Below are positions 24,954-31,137 of a stretch of DNA of 31,137 nucleotides, one piece after another. Below the pieces are notes generated by a model. It was not told the origin of the DNA, ran no database searches, and saw only the letters and a list, made by a program, of their open reading frames with translations. The position numbers and the translations under genes are program-made. Source of the DNA: Deltaproteobacteria bacterium (GTDB lineage Bacteria > Myxococcota_A > Polyangia > Palsa-1104 > JAEUJZ01); contig JAGNNG010000001.1 in NCBI GenBank assembly GCA_017990795.1, positions 2,771 through 33,907 on the forward strand, in the 5' to 3' direction. Position 1 is the stretch's first letter. Each line of letters opens with the position of its first letter.

Positions 24954-25588
24954 GCGAGCTGCCGCGCGGTCTGGAGCAAGCGTTCCTGGTGGCGGCCTCC
25001 GAGCTTGGCTTTTGCTCTGCCGCTTGGCTTTTCGTGCAAGAGCTGGCCGCAGCTGGCGGTGCGCCTCTCGTCGAGCAGCTTCGCGATGAACTCGGACGCA
25101 GCTTTCCTGTGCTCGATGCGGTGGCTGCACAGTGGCTCGATGGGCTCAGCTGGTCAGCCATTGACGTGGCTCCAGTCGTCGCCGCTTGCGCGGGTGCCAA
25201 GACCCTTCTGGTCGTCGGACTGGAGGCCCGCTATCTGGATGCACTGCTGCCAGCACTACCCACACTGCAGATTCGACTCCTGCGCTATTCATCGATGGGA
25301 GATGTGGACTGGGAGCGCATCCTGGCCAACTACGACGCCCGCGTTCGTGCCACCGACCTGGGCTCATTTCAGCAGTGGGCTGGCACGCGTACCGTCGTGC
25401 TGACGTTTCTATATGGCGCCAATGATCATGCGGCCCACGCCAGTCCCGCGTGGCTGCGTCTGATGGGCGAAGATGTGCGCGCACAGTTTCGCAGCTTTGT
25501 CGGTTGGAACATCCTGTCGCGTCCCATGTACGTCTACCCGCGCTGGCTTGTCGAAGTGCCGCGCAGTGACTTCACGGTGCTGGTATGA
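24950..25588 (+). CDS. orfB: hypothetical protein (212 aa), helical N-domain plus alpha/beta Rossmann-like C-domain
   Basis: AGGAG RBS, GTGA and ATGA overlaps on both sides; beta-alpha pattern TLLVVGLEARYLDALL...IRLL...TVVLTF...FVGWN. Confidence 0.85.
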   Translation: MSELPRGLEQAFLVAASELGFCSAAWLFVQELAAAGGAPLVEQLRDELGRSFPVLDAVAAQWLDGLSWSAIDVAPVVAACAGAKTLLVVGLEARYLDALLPALPTLQIRLLRYSSMGDVDWERILANYDARVRATDLGSFQQWAGTRTVVLTFLYGANDHAAHASPAWLRLMGEDVRAQFRSFVGWNILSRPMYVYPRWLVEVPRSDFTVLV

Positions 25589-26913
25589 GCGGGCCACAGC
25601 TCTTGCTAAGCGCGCTGCTGTTCGCTGCGCTCATCCTGCAGGCCGTACTGCCTGCGCTACGCGTCTTGATCGTCTTATCGGCAGCAGCGCTCTCGTGCTT
25701 ACTGGCAACACTGCTAGGTGTCGGAACAACGCATCAGCTGATGGCCGAGGTTCCGTGGGACGTGCTCATCCTGTTGGTGGGCCTAGGGCTACTTTCCGAG
25801 CTATTGGTCGAGTCTCGCTTGTTCGGAATCCTCGCCGTACGCGCCGCTCGCCTAAGCCAAGCACGCCCCTCGCTTGTTCTGTGCTTTTTTGTGGTCGCGA
25901 TGTACCTAGTCAGCGGCCTAGTCAACAACTTGACCGCTCTGATGCTAGTGCTGCCCGTGCTGCACATTCTGCTGAAGTTGATGGGCGTGCATCAGCGCTA
26001 TCTGTCGTGGACCCTGGGCCTGCTGCTAGTCGCATGCAACCTGGGCGGTGCCGCGACACCCATTGGCGACTTTCCTGCGATCTTACTTTTAGGCAGCGGG
26101 CGCATGACCTTCCGGGCCTATCTGATTCACGCTGCGCCACCGACGGTGATTGCACTAGTCATCTTATTGGCTGTGGTCACTCTGATCATTCGTCCCCAGC
26201 GCGGGCTGGAGCGCGACACGCTATCCGCACGCCTGTCGGTTCAGGTGATGAATCAGCTCTATCGCAATGTGCGTTTGGATCGTCGCCGCTTTTACCCTGT
26301 CGCAGGCTTGTTGGCACTGATGCTGATGGGCTGGACACTAATCCCTACGTCAACGGGCATCAGCGCTGACCTGATCTGCTGGCTTGGAGTTGGCACGGCG
26401 CTTCTGCTGAACAAGCATCTAGGCGAGCAGCTTGTGCGTCGGCGCGTCGATATGGAGGCCGTGCTGTTTCTGCTGGCCCTGTTTGTGATGGTAGCAGCCG
26501 TTCGAAGGACCGGAATGTTCGTCGCGGTGGCGCACTTTCTGGGGACGCTGCCCGTATCGCCATTGGTACAGCTGGTCGTGTTCCTGTGTCTGGCCGGTGT
26601 GCTGACGGGAATCTTTTCAGCCGGACCCAGCATGGCTGCGCTCTTGGAAGTCGCGCACACGCTGGCGCAGCGACTGCCACCGCACGCTGTGTACGTTGGC
26701 TTGGCGCTGTCGGTATGCGCTGGCAGCTCGCTATTTTTGACCGCCGCGACATCCGGGCCGATGGCACAAGCGCTGACCGAGCGCGCCGACCTGCGGGGCG
26801 CACAAGGGGAGCCGATCCGCTTTGGCTTCTTTCAGTTCTTACCGACAGGACTTCTTAGCTTCGCCGTGATTCAGCTGGTCGCCCTCGCGTACGCCGCCTA
26901 CAGCGTTCGGTGA
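25585..26913 (+). CDS. Ion-transporter (IT) superfamily permease, ArsB/NhaD/CitMHS/P-protein-like
   Basis: About 11-12 TM; VPWDVLILLVGL, SGLVNNLTALMLVLP, NLGGAATPIGDFPAILL (family motif N.GG..T.IGDPPN), VDMEAVLFLLALFVMV. Confidence 0.88.
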   Translation: MSGPQLLLSALLFAALILQAVLPALRVLIVLSAAALSCLLATLLGVGTTHQLMAEVPWDVLILLVGLGLLSELLVESRLFGILAVRAARLSQARPSLVLCFFVVAMYLVSGLVNNLTALMLVLPVLHILLKLMGVHQRYLSWTLGLLLVACNLGGAATPIGDFPAILLLGSGRMTFRAYLIHAAPPTVIALVILLAVVTLIIRPQRGLERDTLSARLSVQVMNQLYRNVRLDRRRFYPVAGLLALMLMGWTLIPTSTGISADLICWLGVGTALLLNKHLGEQLVRRRVDMEAVLFLLALFVMVAAVRRTGMFVAVAHFLGTLPVSPLVQLVVFLCLAGVLTGIFSAGPSMAALLEVAHTLAQRLPPHAVYVGLALSVCAGSSLFLTAATSGPMAQALTERADLRGAQGEPIRFGFFQFLPTGLLSFAVIQLVALAYAAYSVR

Positions 26914-26954
26914 ACGATCCGGTCGCCTGCGCGGCTGCGCTGCCTCAGGTGGGG

Positions 26955-29045
26955 CTACTCAACCTGATTCACAGGGAGACCGCTGCGCTTCTGTATCACC
27001 ACCAGCACGTCATCTTTCCCAAGCGGTCGCTGGGGATCGGGCGGCGCCAATAGCTTGCCATCGCGGGTTTCGATCGCGAGGACATACACGCCAAAGCGCT
27101 GGCGGAAATCCGTCTCGCGCAGCGATAGACCCAGGGCATCCTCAGGCACGCGCATGCGCACCACTGCATCGTCACTGCGATGACTGAGCACGGCCAACAA
27201 GTCATCTAGCTGAACGTCGTTGGCCAGCGTGGAAAACGCCGCGTGCTCGCGCAGGGCCGCTGCACTGCGCGAGGCCACCTGCGCTCGCAGCTCTTTGAGC
27301 ATCGCGGCCCGTTCCAGCACGCCGACAAACATTCGTCCATCGCGCGCGACCACTGGTAGCACATCGACCCCAGCCTGTCGAAATCGCTCCAGCGCAGTGT
27401 ACAGGTCGTCATTTTGACGTAGCGGCTGGGTCGTGGTGTTCATGATGTCCGCAGCAACGACAATCTGATCCAGTTCAGCCAACTCCATGGCGGAAAGCAG
27501 CTCCGCCGTAGAGATGAAACCAAGAAGCTCGCCATTTGCGGTAACAAGCAAGATCGACTGCAGGCCGGGCGGAGTCTTGGTTAGCGCTTCAGGCAGCGGC
27601 GCTTGTGGATGGGTGATGTGCGGCCATTCGTCACGCAGTAAGGAGCGCACCTGGCGCGATTCAAGCCAACTGCGGACGGAATCGCCTGCGTGGGCCGGCG
27701 ACTCCTCCGGCGAGCGGACCTGTTCGGCGTAGACGCCCCAGCGATGCCCCAGTGCGTAGGATGCAACGCTGACCAGCATCAGCGGCACGATTAAGCCGTA
27801 GCTGCCAGTCATCTCAGTCACCATGACGATTGCGGCCAGCGGTGTACGTAGCGATGCCGCCAGTACACCAGCCATGCCGACGGGAATCAGGGCAGCGCGC
27901 AGCGGCTCTGGAATCATCCCTGGCAAGAAAAGCTGAAACAGCGAGCCGGTTGCCGCCCCGACCACACCGCCCATGAACACGACCGGGCCAAACAGCCCAC
28001 CTGCGCTCTCACCGCCCATCATCAGCGCAGTTGCGATGCACTTGGCCAGCACGACCAGGACGAAGCACAGCGCCCAGCCCTCTATCGGGGGCACCCCCAG
28101 CGAGCCATCGAGCGCACCTTGAATAAAGCGGTAGCGCGCATCCATGATCTGCGGAAAAGCCAGCGCGATCACGCCGCCGATAAGACCTGCGATCGCGGCA
28201 GTCGACCAGCGCGGCAATCGGCTACGTCGTCGCAGCGTGGCTGCAAGACGTAGCGAGTGAGAAAAAAAGAAGCTGACCGCTGCGCACAAGCAAGCCAGCA
28301 CCGCGTACGGAACCAGCTCTAGCGGATGGCTGAAGGTCAATCTCTCGGTGCCGCTTAGCAGACGGTGGCCATAGCCGCCAAAAGCCATGAAGGTGGAATA
28401 GCTTGTCACCGACGCGATAAACGACGGCATCAGCGCCTCGACCTCGAACTCCGGTTCGCTGTAAAGCACGCTGGCTGCGAACAGCGCACCGCCCAGCGGC
28501 GTCTGGAAGATTGCGCCCACACCGGCAGCACAGCCAGCAGTCAGAAAGCGTCGCCTTTCGCGCACGCCTCCGCCCAGCTTGTGACTAACTGTCGTGCCGA
28601 TGGCTGCGCACAGCACCGCAATGGCTGCCTCTTTGCCAACTGAGCCGCCGCACGAGATGACGATAGCCGCCGCGAATGCCTTCAGCGCCGCGTCACGCAG
28701 CGACATCTCGGCCCCGCCATGATGGAACGCATCGATCAGAACGGCGGTCCCGTGGGCGCGTGTGGGGCGGCACAGAAAAGCCACGATGACCCCTGAGCAC
28801 AAGCCACCGAGCACGGGCAGCAGCAGCACGCCCCAGCGAAACTCGAACAAGCTGCCCGCCGTCGTATTGGCGATTCGGCCAATCAGCCGTGGAAAGCCCA
28901 GATCCACCAGCGATTCCAGCGCCCGCGCCGCCAGCCCCGACAGCAGACCGACCAGGATGCTCAAAAGCAGCGTTCGAGACCAGCGCGTGCCCATCAGGCG
29001 CGGCAGGGTCCATTGCGTCGGCGTACGACGAGAAGGTGCGTCCAT
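26955..29045 (-). CDS. ClC-family chloride channel/antiporter with a CBS pair and C-terminal RCK_C (TrkA-C) domain
   Basis: HGTAVLIDAFH, GGSVGKEAA, GCAAGVGAIFQTPLGGALF, GGLFGP, TPLAAIVMVTEMTGSY, VY; two CBS repeats; GLSLRETDFRQRFGVYVLAI. Start set at ATG 29045 because track start 29129 overlaps a promoter-like box; ATG 28994 is also possible. Confidence 0.92.
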   Translation of the reverse strand: MDAPSRRTPTQWTLPRLMGTRWSRTLLLSILVGLLSGLAARALESLVDLGFPRLIGRIANTTAGSLFEFRWGVLLLPVLGGLCSGVIVAFLCRPTRAHGTAVLIDAFHHGGAEMSLRDAALKAFAAAIVISCGGSVGKEAAIAVLCAAIGTTVSHKLGGGVRERRRFLTAGCAAGVGAIFQTPLGGALFAASVLYSEPEFEVEALMPSFIASVTSYSTFMAFGGYGHRLLSGTERLTFSHPLELVPYAVLACLCAAVSFFFSHSLRLAATLRRRSRLPRWSTAAIAGLIGGVIALAFPQIMDARYRFIQGALDGSLGVPPIEGWALCFVLVVLAKCIATALMMGGESAGGLFGPVVFMGGVVGAATGSLFQLFLPGMIPEPLRAALIPVGMAGVLAASLRTPLAAIVMVTEMTGSYGLIVPLMLVSVASYALGHRWGVYAEQVRSPEESPAHAGDSVRSWLESRQVRSLLRDEWPHITHPQAPLPEALTKTPPGLQSILLVTANGELLGFISTAELLSAMELAELDQIVVAADIMNTTTQPLRQNDDLYTALERFRQAGVDVLPVVARDGRMFVGVLERAAMLKELRAQVASRSAAALREHAAFSTLANDVQLDDLLAVLSHRSDDAVVRMRVPEDALGLSLRETDFRQRFGVYVLAIETRDGKLLAPPDPQRPLGKDDVLVVIQKRSGLPVNQVE

Positions 29046-29124
29046 TATCAGTTCACGAAGGTCATGAGAAACGCGCGCGCAGTGTTCTACGCAAGTCCGC
29101 AGCTTTGAGCGGTCAGAGAAACAA

Positions 29125-29140
29125 TGCAAGTTCCGTGCTC
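29125..29140 (-). promoter_or_regulatory. Near-consensus sigma54 promoter for the ClC gene
   Basis: GAGCACGGAACTTGCA: CACG and TTGCA are perfect, but the first G of the -24 GG is A. Confidence 0.4.
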
Positions 29141-29203
29141 AAATGTCGGGACGGCGCACGCCTAGCGCTGGCGCGGGGCTCGACGCAAACCGGGTGACAA
29201 AAC

Positions 29204-29219
29204 GGGAATGGTTATTGCG
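29204..29219 (+). promoter_or_regulatory. Weak sigma54-like promoter for the OmpA-family gene
   Basis: GGGAATGGTTATTGCG, GG-N10-GC with TTGC, poor -24 context. Confidence 0.3.
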
Positions 29220-29258
29220 CTGTCGTCTGCCTGTAAATCCACCCACGAGGACCCCCAC

Positions 29259-30233
29259 ATGCCCCTTCGCAAGTTTTCGACATCGCTCACACTGGCCAGC
29301 ATGCTGGCTATGGGCTGCGTAACAACCGGAACGTACAACACCAAGGTTGCGGAGCTGGCCAGCGCACGCGAAAGCGCCGACAAGTTGCAGGCAGCGCTAA
29401 CGACGACCACCCAGCAGCGCGACGAGCTGCGCTCCAAATATGCCGAGGAGCAAGCCAAGGTCGCAGAGCTAGAGCTACGCTTTGCTGACACGCAGGAACA
29501 ACTGAAGAAGGTTAGCGTCGAACGCAATCAGCTGCGCGCGTCACTTGATGACAGCAACGCGTGGGCGGGTCAGCTCAAGGGGCGGCTGGAAAAGCTGGGT
29601 CAAAACGTCGACCGCTTGACGACCGAGCGCGGTCAGCTGACCGCTGGTCTGCAGGATGCCAAGGCGCGGCTTGAGGAGCTGCGCAAGCAGAAGGCCGCAG
29701 CAGAAGCACGGGCCGCGACGTTCCGCGAGCTGGTGGCGCGGCTGCGCGCGATGATCGACACCGGTCAGCTAAAGGTTGTCATTCGTGATGGGCGCATGCT
29801 GATCGCGCTGCCGGATGACGTGCTGTTCGACTCGGGCAAGACCGACATCAAGCCGCAGGGACAAGTAGCGCTCACCAAAGTTGGGCAGGTGCTGGCGACG
29901 CTGCCGGATCGCCACTTCCTGTGTGCGGGACACACCGACAATGTGCCGGTGCGCAGCGGCCACTTCAAAAACAACTGGGATCTGTCGACTGCGCGCGCCG
30001 TTGAAGTGACGCAGTTTCTAATTGCCAAAGGCATGAAGCCGCAGGTGCTGGCCGCAGCCGGTTACGGCGAATTTGACCCACTGAGCGGAAACGACACAGC
30101 AGAGCACCGCGCTCAGAACCGCCGCATCGAGATCGTCTTGCAGCCTAACCTCTCTGACCTGCCGTCTTTAGAAGGCCTGGATGCGAGCCAGGGCAACGCG
30201 AAGCCGAGCGCACTACCTGCAGCGCGGAAGTAA
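29259..30233 (+). CDS. OmpA/MotB-family peptidoglycan-binding lipoprotein with a long coiled coil
   Basis: GAGGA RBS before ATG 29259; lipobox-like LAMGC; heptad region; DVLFDSGK, GHTDNVP, NWDLSTARA, GYGEFDP, NRRIEIV. Confidence 0.92.
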   Translation: MPLRKFSTSLTLASMLAMGCVTTGTYNTKVAELASARESADKLQAALTTTTQQRDELRSKYAEEQAKVAELELRFADTQEQLKKVSVERNQLRASLDDSNAWAGQLKGRLEKLGQNVDRLTTERGQLTAGLQDAKARLEELRKQKAAAEARAATFRELVARLRAMIDTGQLKVVIRDGRMLIALPDDVLFDSGKTDIKPQGQVALTKVGQVLATLPDRHFLCAGHTDNVPVRSGHFKNNWDLSTARAVEVTQFLIAKGMKPQVLAAAGYGEFDPLSGNDTAEHRAQNRRIEIVLQPNLSDLPSLEGLDASQGNAKPSALPAARK

Positions 30234-30310
30234 GAAAGCTGTAGGGTTGCGCTCCCAGGGGTTGACCGGCACCACCGCGCCCAGGTGTTAGGCGGGTCGC
30301 CCTGCGCACC

Positions 30311-30712
30311 TCAGGGTCCGAGCGCGGCCATGTCCGTTCCTATATCCAGCCGATGTAGCCATCTGGCCGCACCACAGCGATCGCCGCCTTTGTCAGCTGC
30401 ATCGCCTCCAAGGCGACGGTCGCGACCTGCGGATCGGCCATCACCAACCGTGGGCATGAATGGACGGCAGGTGCGTGTTCGCCTGCGAGAACAACGCCGG
30501 AGCCTCGAACGAGTTGTTCGAGGAGCCCGGGAGAGAGGGGGCGCGCTCCAGGCGCGGATGTACCTTGCATTTCTGCATACGCTGTCGCGTCTCCACAAAA
30601 GCCGTAGAGACTCAAACCGTTGCAGCTTTATCGCCGGGCCTGCGGGATGTTTTGGCGTTCCGTGCGCGCAGCAGTAGCGGAAAACTGTCGGCATCGCTGC
30701 TCGGATAGCGCG
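30311..30712 (-). pseudogene. Frameshifted relic of the C-terminal domain of an FAD-dependent aromatic monooxygenase
   Basis: Pieces in different frames read RYPSS...RRPGDKA and AAIAVVRPDGYIGWI; removing 2 nt from the TATA run at about 30340 gives ...GWIGTDMAALGP. This resembles the Y..S...PGDRAP ... LVRPDGYVGW pattern. Confidence 0.5.
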
Positions 30713-30782
30713 GAGTCTGCCGCGCACCGCATCATCACCAGCTAATTTGCGGCCCTGGCACACCTTGCAAGCTCCTTAGCGC

Positions 30783-30934
30783 GCAAGCCATAGGCTTGCT
30801 GCCCTGGTGAACCCCGCAGGCGCCCCAGGAGCGCGCACAGCGCCACTTGCGCTCGCCCGCTTCGACCTGCCAAGCGGGCTCAGTGTCTCGCAAGGCTCGC
30901 TCTCGTGGTTCGCTAAGCCAGCTTCAGCGAACCA
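30783..30934. other. Cluster of three hairpins in the non-coding right end
   Basis: GCAAGCC-ata-GGCTTGC (30783-30799), GCCCGCTT...AAGCGGGC (30855-30879), TGGTTCGCT...AGCGAACCA (30906-30934). Confidence 0.4.
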
Positions 30935-31137
30935 GCAACCACCAAACTAGAAACTTGCCCTGTCTCAGCGTCGTGATACGCCGAGCCAATGCTCGCGTTG
31001 TCACCGTCCCAGCCTCATAGGGTGATTGCCTACTCTCTGCCCCGTCCTGCCCGAGCTGATGTCCGCACAGATGCGCTTCTGCAGCGCTGGCGAACCATCA
31101 ACCTGTGGCTCCTCGCCTACCTCCTCTCAGCATCCAC

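Noticed and set aside
30285-30763. Track ORFs 30285-30677 (+) and 30311-30763 (-) as real genes
   Set aside because: Arg/Ser/Pro-rich low-information translations without an RBS; better explained by the monooxygenase relic.
30756-30769. TGGCACACCTTGCA
   Set aside because: Only 8 nt between GG and GC, and no downstream gene.
1-31137. CRISPR array, rRNA/tRNA, IS or integrase, toxin-antitoxin or defence genes
   Set aside because: No regularly spaced repeats, cloverleafs, transposase/recombinase motifs or defence domains recognised by eye.

Overview
GC-rich bacterial window; gene families and the density of sigma54 systems suggest Myxococcota/Deltaproteobacteria (inference, not shown). It reads as an ion/osmotic-homeostasis island: a left-truncated TolC gene followed by a decayed RND adaptor relic; two paralogous membrane histidine kinase + NtrC/AtoC-type regulator pairs; a CPA1 (NhaP-like) antiporter; an RCK-USP fusion with a CPA2 antiporter; a CzcCBA-type RND pump with czcC divergent from czcBA, followed by an MFS and a hypothetical gene; a trehalose module (GH15 hydrolase, membrane-anchored OtsA, OtsB); a coupled 3-gene operon of two unknown proteins plus an ArsB/NhaD-type permease; a ClC-CBS-RCK_C channel; an OmpA/MotB lipoprotein; and a probable FAD-monooxygenase relic. 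By eye I found four good and three weaker sigma54 -24/-12 promoters, including an interdigitated bidirectional pair in the czc locus, and three copies of a ~31-bp palindrome, all in convergent gaps, two of them bracketing the trehalose cassette in inverted orientation. The best candidates for undescribed biology are the orfA-orfB-permease operon (24450-26913) and the palindrome/sigma54 regulatory architecture. No rRNA, tRNA, CRISPR array, transposase or integrase was seen. All family calls come from motif recognition; no database search was run.
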